DNA of 64,000 nt, from the NCBI GenBank assembly GCA_965649295.1, contig CBFGKH010000008.1, forward strand, positions 64,001 through 128,000, written 5' to 3'. Positions 19,171-28,921 of the stretch are shown in pieces; position 1 is the stretch's first letter; every line of letters begins with the position of its first letter. The notes under the pieces were generated by a model, which was not told the DNA's origin, did not search any database, and saw only the letters and a program-made list of their open reading frames with translations. Both the position numbers and the translations under genes were made by a program. Source of the DNA: a candidate division WOR-3 bacterium. Lineage in GTDB: Bacteria; Hydrothermota; Tepidihabitantia; Tepidihabitantales; Tepidihabitantaceae.

Positions 19171-21441
19171 TTAGGGGAGGCTGCGAGTAGTCAGGGTTGA
19201 GCGGCTCCAAGCCGCTGCGGCCGCCTGTCCCAAGGCGACGCCGCCGTCGTTGGGCGGTACCAGCCGATTGGTGATGACGTAGAGCTTCTCAGCGGTCAGA
19301 CGGCTGGTAAGGGTGGCTAGTAGCCGACAGTTCTGGAATGAACCGCCCGATATGGCGACGGTCGAGAGACGATACTTTCTGCCCAAGTGTAACGCCAACT
19401 GGCAGATGGCTTCAGCGATCCGGTCCTGAAATAGAGCAGCAACGGCTGCCCGGTTGCCCCTGGCAGCTGTTTCACGTGAAACAGCGCTGATGATCGGTCG
19501 TGGGTCAATCAGGGCCGGCTCAGTATCAAGAATCAGAGAGCCGGTCTCATTGTGGCGCTCCACCGGGAGCGGCTCGGCAGCGCTTTCGACGGCGATGGCT
19601 GCTTCGGCGTCGTAGGTGGCACGCAGGCAGATACGGGAGATTCCAGCCGCCGCATCGAAGAGCCGGCCCAAGCTGGAGCAGAGGAGCGCTTGACTGGCAG
19701 GTCGCGGTCTCGTAGCCGTCGTCTTGGCGTGGGCTAGGTATGCGCTGCCGACTTGGCGCGGGTCGGCCAGTTCGGCGCCGGCGCCAGGCAGAGCCAATGG
19801 CAGCATTGTGCCGACCCGCCGCCAGGTTCCATTCCGGCCAATGAGCAGAAATTCACAGCCCCAACAAGTGCCGTCGGTCCCGTAACCGGTTCCATCGGCC
19901 GCGATTCCGAGCAATGGGGCAGAGGCGCTGGTTTCTGCCAGCACTGACAGGATGTGAGCGAGGTGGTGCTGGACGCGAAGGAGCGGTACGTGCCACTCTG
20001 CTGCCAGCCGCTCAGCCAGCCGGGTTGCGGCGTAGTCGGGGTGAAGGTCGCAGGCAACAACCGCTGGTCTGATACCGGTCCAAGCTTGGTAGCGGTCGAG
20101 GGTGGAGAGGAAGAACTCTTCGCCGCTGGCTGTGACCACTGAGCCGATATGAGGGCTGAGCCATGCCTTGTCACCGACTGCCAGGCAGAAGGTGTTCTTC
20201 CACTCGGGCCCGACCGCCAGGACCGGATGTTTCACGTGCAACATCGGGTTGAGCTCGATCGGTGCGGGCGCATAACCGCGGGCGCGGCGAACGATAATCG
20301 GGCTGGCTGGGGTCGGCAGAACAACCGAATCGTCAGCTCGATTGAGAATCGGCCGGTCATGGGTCAAGGCGAAATCGAATACGGCCGCGTGGGAGCGAAA
20401 GAGAGAGGCTTCGTCGTGGCTAATCGGTTCGTCTTTGGGGTTAGCGCTGGTCATTACTAGGAGCGGCTCGGTGCCGGTGATCTTGCGCAGCTCGGAAAAG
20501 AGGATGATGTGCAATGGAGTGTAGGCAAGCATCACCCCTAGCCGGGAGTTCTGCGGAGCGATGAGGTCGCCAGGTGGAATCGGGCCACGGCGGGGCATGA
20601 GTACGATCGGAGCTTGTGGTGATGAGAGTAGTTGGGCGGCGGCGCGGCTGACTGAGCAGATGCTGCGTGCCTTGGCGAGGTTTGCGCACATCAAGGCGAA
20701 CGGCTTGCGCGGGCGCTGCTTGCGCCGCCGTAGGCGGAGCAGTGCTGACCGGTTAGTTGCGTCGCAGGCGAGCTGGTACCCGCCAATACTCTTGATGGCC
20801 ACTATCTTGCCGGACGCAATCGCTTTTGCTGCCAGGGTGATGGCTTCATTTCCGGCAGCGATGGTCGTGCCGTTCTTGGCGAGTAGTGTCGGTTGGGGGC
20901 CGCAGACCGGACAGGCATTGGGCTGGGCGTGGAAGCGGCGGTCAGCCGGATCGTCGTATTCTCGTTGGCAGTCGGGGCACATCTCAAACCGGCGCATTGA
21001 TGTCCGCTGGCGGTCGTAGGGGAGGTCCTCGATTATGGAGTAGCGGGGTCCGCAGTGGGTGCAGTTTGTGAAGGCATAACGGAAGCGGCGGTTGCGAGGT
21101 GATGCTATGTCGGCCCGGCAGAGTGAGCAGGTAGCGATGTCAGGCAGGACCTCGGTATTGGGCTGGCCAGCAGTCTTGCTTGCGACTATCCTGAGGCCTT
21201 CTAGCCTGGGCCGATAGGTCGTGCGGAGCGATACCGAACGGATTCTGGCGAGCGGCGGTGGGTGCCTTTGTAGCTCACGCACCATTGCCAAAGCATGTCG
21301 GCCCTGAAGCGTCAACACGGCACCCTTCTTCGAGTTACTGATGGTTCCGCGCAGCCCGTATCTCTTTGCTAACAGGTAGGCATAGGGTCTGAACCCTATG
21401 CCCTGGACCTGCCCAGCAAAGACAACAACAGTTGTTATTAC
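19171..21441 (-). CDS. hypF: Carbamoyltransferase HypF (start codon unclear)
   Basis: GQVQGIGFRP acylphosphatase motif upstream of the track start; two CxxC Zn fingers; RRFHAQP, VQHHLAH, DGTGYG, PPNDGG. Confidence 0.92.
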   Translation of the reverse strand, partial: VITTVVVFAGQVQGIGFRPYAYLLAKRYGLRGTISNSKKGAVLTLQGRHALAMVRELQRHPPPLARIRSVSLRTTYRPRLEGLRIVASKTAGQPNTEVLPDIATCSLCRADIASPRNRRFRYAFTNCTHCGPRYSIIEDLPYDRQRTSMRRFEMCPDCQREYDDPADRRFHAQPNACPVCGPQPTLLAKNGTTIAAGNEAITLAAKAIASGKIVAIKSIGGYQLACDATNRSALLRLRRRKQRPRKPFALMCANLAKARSICSVSRAAAQLLSSPQAPIVLMPRRGPIPPGDLIAPQNSRLGVMLAYTPLHIILFSELRKITGTEPLLVMTSANPKDEPISHDEASLFRSHAAVFDFALTHDRPILNRADDSVVLPTPASPIIVRRARGYAPAPIELNPMLHVKHPVLAVGPEWKNTFCLAVGDKAWLSPHIGSVVTASGEEFFLSTLDRYQAWTGIRPAVVACDLHPDYAATRLAERLAAEWHVPLLRVQHHLAHILSVLAETSASAPLLGIAADGTGYGTDGTCWGCEFLLIGRNGTWRRVGTMLPLALPGAGAELADPRQVGSAYLAHAKTTATRPRPASQALLCSSLGRLFDAAAGISRICLRATYDAEAAIAVESAAEPLPVERHNETGSLILDTEPALIDPRPIISAVSRETAARGNRAAVAALFQDRIAEAICQLALHLGRKYRLSTVAISGGSFQNCRLLATLTSRLTAEKLYVITNRLVPPNDGGVALGQAAAAAWSRSTLTTRSLP
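19468..19483. promoter_or_regulatory. parS: parS centromere site (perfect consensus) inside hypF
   Basis: TGTTTCACGTGAAACA. Confidence 0.9.
20228..20243. promoter_or_regulatory. parS: parS site (1 mismatch) inside hypF
   Basis: TGTTTCACGTGCAACA. Confidence 0.8.
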
Positions 21442-21501
21442 GAGGCGGCGTTCCTTGGTGTGGAGGGGCGTTTTAGTTAGATACTAGTTATTATCAGTCT
21501 T

Positions 21502-22680
21502 CTATTGGGCTGGTTCGCTCTTGCCTTGCTCTTCTTCTTGTTTGGGTGGCGGCACTACCGGCTCGATCAGTTCTTCAACTGTCTCGCTCGTTGCTTCGAG
21601 GATGTTTCTCTTGTCCTTCTTGTACGCAAGCACCGCGTAGTTCACTGTCATCCCACAGAACCAGACCGAGAAGCCAAAGCCCAAGACCATCAGGGCCGCG
21701 AGGTAGATGGTGATGCCGATGAAGAGCGAGGCGACGTCTGAGCTCCAGCCGATGGCGATGTACTCTCCGGGCAGATAGACCTGCGGGATTCCGTAGAGGT
21801 TTGCCTGAACAAGGAGCAACCGCTGGACAAATGGCGGGCACCAATCAGGCAGGCTCAGTCGGAAATAGAACAGTCCGTTGGCCATGGCGTCGGCGAGCTT
21901 GTCGCCCATGAAGGCGAGTAGAATCGAGTAACCTATTCTACCGGCGATACTTGTCGCCCAGCCGAATAGGAAGAGGCCAAGTTTGCCCAATAGGGCCACC
22001 GTTGCGGAATACCAGACCAGCCGGCCTGGTTGCTCGTTTACACAGGAGAAGACCTCGAACAGGGTATCAAAGGTGTCGCTGCGGCTTGCACCGACCACGC
22101 TCGGTGCCAGGAGCAGGGTCGCGGCAGTGGCGATTAGGAGATAGACGATAAATAGCGAGGCGACGAGGGCAATCGGGCTGAGGATACCGACAATAACCTC
22201 GCCGACATAGGGAATCGCGCCGAGGCCGCTCACACCAAGCCCGAGGACAACGATGGCCGCGACAAACGCAATTATCAGTAGCGGGCTGAAGAGGACTGAG
22301 CCAGCGTATTTGAAGGCAAAGCGGAATGCCTCGCGGGACTCGTAGAACTCGTCACCCTTCAGTTGCTCATAGCAGACTCGGGAGACGGCGGTGCCGGTAA
22401 TCAGGACTGCGCAGACCAAAAAGGCAGCACCAATCCCGTAAATGACCCAGGCGAACCAAGGGAACGGATAGTCAAAAGGGAGTGGGAATGGCACGAGTCG
22501 GAACGTCTGCCAGACGGTAATGATGTCCACGCCCGCAGCGAGATAGGCCAAATAGCTCATGATGGCATAGCCGGCAAGGCCGACAAACAGGCCCAGCGAC
22601 ATCATCCAGATTTTCTTGGCCGAGAAACCGAGCCTGAGGGCGCGGAAGGTATCCTTGTAGTTCATGTGCAGCTTTGTCAC
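21502..22680 (-). CDS. Polytopic membrane protein, function unknown
   Basis: AAGGAG SD + GTG start; about 7 hydrophobic segments. Confidence 0.75.
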   Translation of the reverse strand: MTKLHMNYKDTFRALRLGFSAKKIWMMSLGLFVGLAGYAIMSYLAYLAAGVDIITVWQTFRLVPFPLPFDYPFPWFAWVIYGIGAAFLVCAVLITGTAVSRVCYEQLKGDEFYESREAFRFAFKYAGSVLFSPLLIIAFVAAIVVLGLGVSGLGAIPYVGEVIVGILSPIALVASLFIVYLLIATAATLLLAPSVVGASRSDTFDTLFEVFSCVNEQPGRLVWYSATVALLGKLGLFLFGWATSIAGRIGYSILLAFMGDKLADAMANGLFYFRLSLPDWCPPFVQRLLLVQANLYGIPQVYLPGEYIAIGWSSDVASLFIGITIYLAALMVLGFGFSVWFCGMTVNYAVLAYKKDKRNILEATSETVEELIEPVVPPPKQEEEQGKSEPAQ

Positions 22681-22693
22681 CTGCCAACTCCTT

Positions 22694-22822
22694 TCATTGG
22701 GCAAAGGCCCGCAAGAACAGGAAAAGGCCGATCGCCAACACCGCGGCGGCGCCCCAGATCACCCAGCGCAGGCGCAAGTGGTAGTGCCGGGCTGGGAAGA
22801 AACGGCGCTCAAAGCGTACCAT
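22694..22822 (-). CDS. Small 42-aa single-TM protein (below the ORF-track cutoff)
   Basis: MVRFERRFFPARHYHLRLRWVIWGAAAVLAIGLFLFLRAFAQ*; its stop abuts the SD of the next gene. Confidence 0.55.
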   Translation of the reverse strand: MVRFERRFFPARHYHLRLRWVIWGAAAVLAIGLFLFLRAFAQ

Positions 22823-22947
22823 CGGCAGCAGTGTTATTTCGCCAACTCTTTTTTCGAGCAGCAGCAACTACTGACAGCGCCGGCTGCCCGCGGTTTATCC
22901 TATCGGTCTAGGGCGGTTTGTCAATGCTGCGGGACAGTGGGGGCAGG

Positions 22948-24381
22948 CTAGGGCAGACCGACCAGGCGCAGCCGACAGCCGTCGGCCATTGCCATGTAAG
23001 CACCCGGTTCGAGGCGGATTGCGACCCGCTCGCCCGTGATGGTGCTGGTCAGGACCAGCCGACCAAGAGCGTCAAAGACGTGCACGACCGTACCCGGCTG
23101 GCCAGCTAGGGTGAGCCGACCCCGAAACGGGTTGGGAAAGGCGCGCAGGGCCGCTGGGCCAGTGGTGCTGACAGCAGCCATGCCCGTGGCACCGACATAG
23201 AAACTGTCAAGGGACGTCTCGACGGTGGCGCGGCCGTCGCTGAAGCGAAAGTAGAATCGGTGCCAGCCGTTGGCAAAGCCGGTGAGGAACTCGCTAAACT
23301 GCGCACCGGCCCAGTAACGGTGGTCGCCATTGACAAGCGCGTAGGGAGTTGAATCAATGAAGCAGCTACGCTCGATCGGCAGGTTTGAGTCGGCATCGGT
23401 GTAGGTGACGTTGAAGCCAAAGCGCGTACCGGGCAGGCCCGAGCGGGGCGAGACAGTGGCTTGGCTTAGCAGCGGCTGACGGTTGAGGTCGGCAGGGACA
23501 AAGGGTGTGCGGTCGGCGTAGAAGCGGGCCGGCGGAGTGGTGTCGCGGAGGTGGTTGCCGCCGATCGGGAGTATTGTCTGGGTCGTGGCGGCCGCGGCCA
23601 GCCAGCCCACCGAATTGGGCCAGGGGCCGAAGCGCTCGTCTGCGGTGAAGCTTGCAATCGGGCAGCGAAAGTAGAGCCGGTTGCCGCTTGTCTGGGCTTC
23701 GATGTTGGCGATGCGGGTGAAGGCCGACGTGTAGCGGTTGATGAGAAAGAGTCCGGTCGTGAAGACCGCGGGAATGTCGGCGTAAGCCATGGCAAAGACC
23801 CAGGAGTCGCTGGGTGCTTGAGGATTGACAAACCCAAGCGAGTAGGCAAAGAACGACTGGGGAAAACGGTAGGTGGGCCAGCTCGGATGGTTGTTGGTTA
23901 GCACCGCGTAGAAGTGGCTGGCCGAACGACCGACATAGGCGCCGGTCAGATCAAGCCAGTTGCCTTCAGGGTCAATCGCGTCGCCAATCGGGTCAGGCGC
24001 GGCCAGGGCGAGCAGGTTGTCGGTGGGGGGCCAGGCGTTCTGCTGATTGAGCGGTGACCCGGTGGCAAGGTTGGTGCCGTTACTGGCCTGGATGTAGTAG
24101 TAGCTGCCGAACTGACCGTTCGGAAACTCTGCCTGATAGGTGCTGTCATAGCCCGGGGCCGCGATCGGTGTCATCGGCAGTGCTGTCCAGGTAAGTTGAC
24201 TGTCGCTGGAGAAGAAGAGCAGGGCGGCGGTTGGTCGGTCGCCAGGTCGGTCAGCGATGTCGGCATTGACGGTCACGGTCTGGGCTAGCGCGGCGGCTGA
24301 GTTGCAGATATTCGTCATCACCGGCGCATTCCAGGCAAAAAGCGCCAATAGGGCCGCGCTGAGTAACGGGCCGGTGGCCAT
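22948..24381 (-). CDS. Secreted protein with T9SS-like C-terminal domain
   Basis: Signal peptide; AFPNPF...VFDALGR...PGAY tail. Confidence 0.75.
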   Translation of the reverse strand: MATGPLLSAALLALFAWNAPVMTNICNSAAALAQTVTVNADIADRPGDRPTAALLFFSSDSQLTWTALPMTPIAAPGYDSTYQAEFPNGQFGSYYYIQASNGTNLATGSPLNQQNAWPPTDNLLALAAPDPIGDAIDPEGNWLDLTGAYVGRSASHFYAVLTNNHPSWPTYRFPQSFFAYSLGFVNPQAPSDSWVFAMAYADIPAVFTTGLFLINRYTSAFTRIANIEAQTSGNRLYFRCPIASFTADERFGPWPNSVGWLAAAATTQTILPIGGNHLRDTTPPARFYADRTPFVPADLNRQPLLSQATVSPRSGLPGTRFGFNVTYTDADSNLPIERSCFIDSTPYALVNGDHRYWAGAQFSEFLTGFANGWHRFYFRFSDGRATVETSLDSFYVGATGMAAVSTTGPAALRAFPNPFRGRLTLAGQPGTVVHVFDALGRLVLTSTITGERVAIRLEPGAYMAMADGCRLRLVGLP

Positions 24382-24479
24382 GGTAGTTCACTCTAGCACG
24401 GTCGCTCGACAGGCGCAAGCCTTGACCAGTTGTCGTTTGGTAGTAACTTTAGGCGGCCTGCGCCACTTGTCGGGCAGCG

Positions 24480-25226
24480 GTGCAGGCCGTAACCACTAAG
24501 GAGCAGCAACGCGTGAAAAGATTACGATTGCTCGCCGCCATCGGTCTTCTTGCTCAACTGGCGATGGCTGTTGCCTACTTGCCGTCGGCACGGGTTGGGT
24601 TTCGCCACGAACCAGGAGTCGAGACCAATCTTGTGCTCGGTGCTGGCATCGCAGTAATGCCGGGTGCCGGCATCACGCTCGACGGCAATATCGGCTTTGC
24701 CCTGCTAGAGCAGATGGGAATCGCCCACTACCGTCTGGGCGCAACTGCCTATCCGCTGTGGGCCGAACGGCTCGGGCTGGAGCTTGCCTTTGAGCATGAC
24801 CAGTGGGTCGAGTGGTATGCGGGCGAGAATCGAGCCGTTGGCATGGTGCGAGTGCGACCACGACCAGGTTTTGAGTTTGGGCTGGGCGCGGCCTGGCGGG
24901 CACCGGTCTATGGCGACAGTGCCAATCCTGATTCCTATAGCTCGCCCTTCAACTGGCAAAGCGACTGGCCAGAATGGAACCTGCTTTACGAGCTAAGCTG
25001 GCGGTTTGTCAGCAGCCCGCGCTTTGGGCTTGGCGCATACCTGGCCAATCACGATGGGTGGTATCTGCGCAATCCGCAGCAGTTCCCGTTCGGGTTCGAT
25101 GCCGACTACCGGAACGGCGATTATCTTTTCGCTGCTAGGCTCGGCTCAAACATCAAGGGGCTGTCTGGCCTGCTCTTCAGTCTTGGTGAGTTGCGACTCG
25201 ACTTGGGGGTGAAGCGTGTGTTCTAG
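24480..25226 (+). CDS. Hypothetical exported / outer-membrane beta-rich protein
   Basis: Signal-like N-terminus; amphipathic strands; terminal Phe. Confidence 0.65.
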   Translation: MQAVTTKEQQRVKRLRLLAAIGLLAQLAMAVAYLPSARVGFRHEPGVETNLVLGAGIAVMPGAGITLDGNIGFALLEQMGIAHYRLGATAYPLWAERLGLELAFEHDQWVEWYAGENRAVGMVRVRPRPGFEFGLGAAWRAPVYGDSANPDSYSSPFNWQSDWPEWNLLYELSWRFVSSPRFGLGAYLANHDGWYLRNPQQFPFGFDADYRNGDYLFAARLGSNIKGLSGLLFSLGELRLDLGVKRVF

Positions 25227-26073
25227 GGCAAGCTGGCTTTGGAGGAGCGGCCTACTACTGCTGGCTGGATTGCTGCTGGCTGGCTGCGAATACGAGACCC
25301 GGCAGTTCTTCTGCCGGCCACCAGTTGACGGGCGTGTCGCCGCTAGCGAGACGACAGCTCTTCAGACCGGGCCCGCAAGCCTCGCGCTGCCGGACAGCTT
25401 CCGTTTCGCCGTTATCAGCGACCTCCACTTCTACAAAGAATCACATCCAGTGCGGCTGCCATTTTTCCGCGATACCGTGCCCGGTCTGGGCATCGCCTTC
25501 TTCTGCGTCACCGGCGACATCACCGACCACGGCCTTGACAGCGAGTACGTTGCTGCCCGGGCCGCGCTCGATTCAATTGGCCTGCCCTACTATGTTACGA
25601 CCGGCAATCACGACCTCTACGCGGCTGGGAGCTGGGAGCGGTTCCGGCAGACCTTTGGACCAAGCTGCTATGCGGTGGTTGTGGCCGACCGGCTCAAGCT
25701 CATCTTTCTCGACACGGCCGATGGTCTAGTTGGTCAGCGGCAGTTTGACTGGCTTGAAGCCCAGCTCAACGACAACGACGCGACGGTCAAGATTGTGCTC
25801 ACCCACTTTCCCAGCTACGACGGGGCAGTGCCGATAATGTGGCGGCTGGCGAGCGGCGCCGAGCGGTACAAGCTTCAGTATTACCTTGACTCATTTGGGG
25901 TGAAAGCCTACATTGCCGGCCACACCCATGGCTGGCGCCACTCGACCATCGGCAACGTCGAGCACTTTACCAACTCCCTGGCGCCCGGCGTGCCTGACTA
26001 CGGCACCCACGGCATCCTTGTCTTCACCTTTGCCGACGACTCGCTTTCCTGGGAGCGCGTCAGGGTCGAGTAG
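25216..26073 (+). CDS. Calcineurin-like metallophosphoesterase lipoprotein
   Basis: LLAGC lipobox; SDLH, TGDITD, GNHD, GHTH motifs. Confidence 0.88.
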   Translation: MCSRASWLWRSGLLLLAGLLLAGCEYETRQFFCRPPVDGRVAASETTALQTGPASLALPDSFRFAVISDLHFYKESHPVRLPFFRDTVPGLGIAFFCVTGDITDHGLDSEYVAARAALDSIGLPYYVTTGNHDLYAAGSWERFRQTFGPSCYAVVVADRLKLIFLDTADGLVGQRQFDWLEAQLNDNDATVKIVLTHFPSYDGAVPIMWRLASGAERYKLQYYLDSFGVKAYIAGHTHGWRHSTIGNVEHFTNSLAPGVPDYGTHGILVFTFADDSLSWERVRVE

Positions 26074-26137
26074 TACAGTCCCAACGATAGAAGACAAAGA
26101 GAATTAAGCCGCAAACAGCCGCCTCACAATACTTCTA

Positions 26138-26169
26138 TTGACATTGCGACAGTAAAACTGTATTATAAT
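26138..26169 (+). promoter_or_regulatory. MerR-type promoter/operator
   Basis: TTGACA (26138-43), 20-nt spacer containing palindrome ACAGT-AAA-ACTGT, TATAAT (26164-69). Confidence 0.7.
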
Positions 26170-26175
26170 GGCGCA

Positions 26176-26628
26176 ATGAGCCAAATACCTGGCCGTTACA
26201 GTATCGACGAGTTGGCGCTTCTGACCGGTCTGACCAAGCGCACAATCCGGTACTACATCCAAATCGGCTTGGTCGAACGACCGGAAGGCGTCCGGCGGGG
26301 CGCGTTCTACACCGATCGGCATCTTGAGCAGCTCATCAATGCGAGTGGGCTCAGGCAGGCTGGGTTGACGCTCGATGGCGTGCGCCGTCAACTTGCTGCC
26401 ACGCCGGTGCTGCCGGCGCGGCCGGTCGGGGCCGGCGTAGAGGTGTGGAGCCGCATCACCGTCCGCGATGGCATCGAACTAAACATCGAGCCGCACCGTG
26501 CCGGGCTGCGGCCGGAACAAGTCCGTGAACTCTGCCACACGATAGTCCGCGCGGTCGAGGCGCTCGCGGCCGAGAACGAGGGGGGCTTGATGGTGGCAGA
26601 TCGTCCGTCCGACAGCAAAGGAGAATAG
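26176..26628 (+). CDS. MerR-family HTH regulator
   Basis: YSIDELALLTGLTKRTIRYYIQIGLV. Confidence 0.88.
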   Translation: MSQIPGRYSIDELALLTGLTKRTIRYYIQIGLVERPEGVRRGAFYTDRHLEQLINASGLRQAGLTLDGVRRQLAATPVLPARPVGAGVEVWSRITVRDGIELNIEPHRAGLRPEQVRELCHTIVRAVEALAAENEGGLMVADRPSDSKGE

Positions 26629-26631
26629 GAG

Positions 26632-28848
26632 ATGAGCATTGCAAGACAGGCCCCAGAACTGATTGGCACCGGGCAGGAACAGGCCGTGTTGGTTGGCGTC
26701 AGCGTTGCCGCTAGGCTGCGCGACCTGCTGTCCGAGGTGACGATCGAGCAGACCTACCGTAACAGCGGCAAGCGCAACATTGAAGCGGTCTATACTTTTC
26801 CGCTGCCGGCCAACGCCGAACTGCTGGCGCTGGAAGTGGAACTAGGCGAGCGTCGGTTGCGCGGCAAGGCGGTGAAGAAGTCCGAGGCGCAGGAGCGGTA
26901 CGAGGACGCGATTACCGACGGCGATGCCGCGGTGATGCTCGAACAGACCCAGCCCGGCATCTTCACGATGAACGTCGGCAACCTGCTGCCGGGCGAAACC
27001 TGTCGTATCCGGTTTCGCTACGCGGAGCTACTTGCCTGGCAGGGCGACACGCTTCGGTTCCTGCTACCAACGGTCATCGCTCCGCGCTATGGTGACGCCT
27101 GGCGTGCGGGCGTGCAGCCCCACGCCGCGCCTGAAACCGACCCGACTGGCGACCTGCGCCACGAGTACGCCTTGCGAGTCGAAGTCGAGGGGCTGCTCGC
27201 GGGGGCCGACATCACGTCGCCATCCCACGAGGTTGTGGTGACGCGCGCTGGTGACCGAACCGTGGTTGTGCCGAAGGCGGAACGCGTGGTGATGGACCGC
27301 GACTTCGTCCTCAACCTGAAGAGCAGCGACGCCAACCGCTCGGCTGCGACCTACGGCCCGGACCGGGATGGCTACGTCGTGCTTGCGTCGTTCAACCCGA
27401 ACCTGCCCGTAGTCGAAACCGCACCGCGCCGCATCAAGATCGTCGTGGATTGCTCCGGCTCGATGGGCGGCGACTCGATTGCCCAGGCCCGCGAGGCCCT
27501 GCTCCTCATTCTCGACAGGCTCCGGCCGCAGGACGAGTTCGACATCATCATGTTCGGTAGCACTTACCGGTCCCTGTTCGGCCGGTGCCTGCCCGCCACG
27601 CCCGAGAACGTCGAGCAAGCGCGCTCGGCCTGCGCGCGCCTCGACGCCAATATGGGCGGCACGGAAATCGGCCAAGCCCTGCTGGCCGCGTTCAGGACCA
27701 GCGGCACCGCCGACATCAAGGGCGGCGACGTCCTACTTATCACCGACGGCGAGGTCTGGCAGTCAGCCGAGGCAATCGCGGCTGCGCGCGGGTCCGGCCA
27801 CCGCGTCTTCACGGTCGGCGTTGGCAACTCGGTTGCCGAAGCGGTCGTGCGCGGTTTGGCCGAACAGACCGGCGGTGCCTGCGAACTCGTCGCCCCGAAC
27901 GAACAGATGGCCGAGAAAATCGTCCGCCACTTCTGCCGCATCTACGCGGTGCGGACCTGCCGTGCCACCGTCGTCTGGCCGGGGAAACCGAACTCAGTCG
28001 TGCCCGAGCGGCTGAGCGCGGTGTACGACGGCGACACAGTTCACGTCTTCGCCCGGTTCAGCGAGAAACCCGCTGGCGAAGTGGTGTTCAAGGCGTGGCT
28101 CGAGGACGGGACCGAACTGGGCCAACGCGTGCCCCTGCAGTCGGAAGCCGACGCTGCGAACCCAAGCACGATTGCTCGGCTCGCGGCCGCGACCGAGATT
28201 CGTGGTATCACTGCCGGTCGCAGCGCCGATGAGTGTACGCTAAAAGAGCAGCAACGCGCGGTAGAACTGGCCGAGGCCTACGACCTCGTCACCGATTTCA
28301 CCAACTACCTCGTGGTGGAGACGCGGGCCGAGGACAAAAAAGCCGGCGACCTGCCCGATCTCTATAAGGTCAAGCAGATGCGTCCAGCTGGGATGGCTAT
28401 GTTTGCGGCACGACCGATGGAGTACATGGCGTTTAATTACGTGTGCCGCTTGGACGAGCCAATGTTCTGCTTGAGACAGATGGATATGCCGACATTCGTG
28501 CGTTGCGAGCGGAACACAGACCAACATGGCTGGCGAGTCCGACTTGCAGCCAGGCTTGACGCACTGCACCCGGACCAGCGCGGCCTGTCGCTGCAGGTCA
28601 GCACCATCGCCGAGCTGGAAATGCTCGGCCTGCCGAGAAGGCTGGCCGACGAACTGCGTCGGCTTGTCCGGCAGGGCGTGAGCGAAGAACAGGTTGTGGT
28701 TAGCTTCCTCTACGAGCTCAGCGACATGGCGGTGTTTGGCCGGTCAACGCGCCGCGCGATACGTCAGGCGCACAAAGCTCATCCGGCTCCGGAAGCACTG
28801 GTGCGACTAGTCCGCTCCATCCTTGCCGCAGACAACGGGTCTGCCTGA
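26632..28848 (+). CDS. VIT + vWA domain protein
   Basis: VIT (QTYRN..IEAVYTFPLP, FTMNVGNL); vWA DCSGSM, GGTEI, LITDGE. Confidence 0.9.
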   Translation: MSIARQAPELIGTGQEQAVLVGVSVAARLRDLLSEVTIEQTYRNSGKRNIEAVYTFPLPANAELLALEVELGERRLRGKAVKKSEAQERYEDAITDGDAAVMLEQTQPGIFTMNVGNLLPGETCRIRFRYAELLAWQGDTLRFLLPTVIAPRYGDAWRAGVQPHAAPETDPTGDLRHEYALRVEVEGLLAGADITSPSHEVVVTRAGDRTVVVPKAERVVMDRDFVLNLKSSDANRSAATYGPDRDGYVVLASFNPNLPVVETAPRRIKIVVDCSGSMGGDSIAQAREALLLILDRLRPQDEFDIIMFGSTYRSLFGRCLPATPENVEQARSACARLDANMGGTEIGQALLAAFRTSGTADIKGGDVLLITDGEVWQSAEAIAAARGSGHRVFTVGVGNSVAEAVVRGLAEQTGGACELVAPNEQMAEKIVRHFCRIYAVRTCRATVVWPGKPNSVVPERLSAVYDGDTVHVFARFSEKPAGEVVFKAWLEDGTELGQRVPLQSEADAANPSTIARLAAATEIRGITAGRSADECTLKEQQRAVELAEAYDLVTDFTNYLVVETRAEDKKAGDLPDLYKVKQMRPAGMAMFAARPMEYMAFNYVCRLDEPMFCLRQMDMPTFVRCERNTDQHGWRVRLAARLDALHPDQRGLSLQVSTIAELEMLGLPRRLADELRRLVRQGVSEEQVVVSFLYELSDMAVFGRSTRRAIRQAHKAHPAPEALVRLVRSILAADNGSA

Positions 28849-28877
28849 CCGGCCGGGCGCACCAACGGTCAGCTTAG

Positions 28878-28911
28878 GCCAAGAACCCGCCGCATCGGGC
28901 GGGTTCTTGGC
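28878..28911. terminator. Bidirectional terminator-like hairpin between convergent genes
   Basis: GCCAAGAACCCGCC-6nt-GGCGGGTTCTTGGC, 14-bp perfect stem. Confidence 0.75.
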
Positions 28912-28921
28912 TCCCGAGTCA

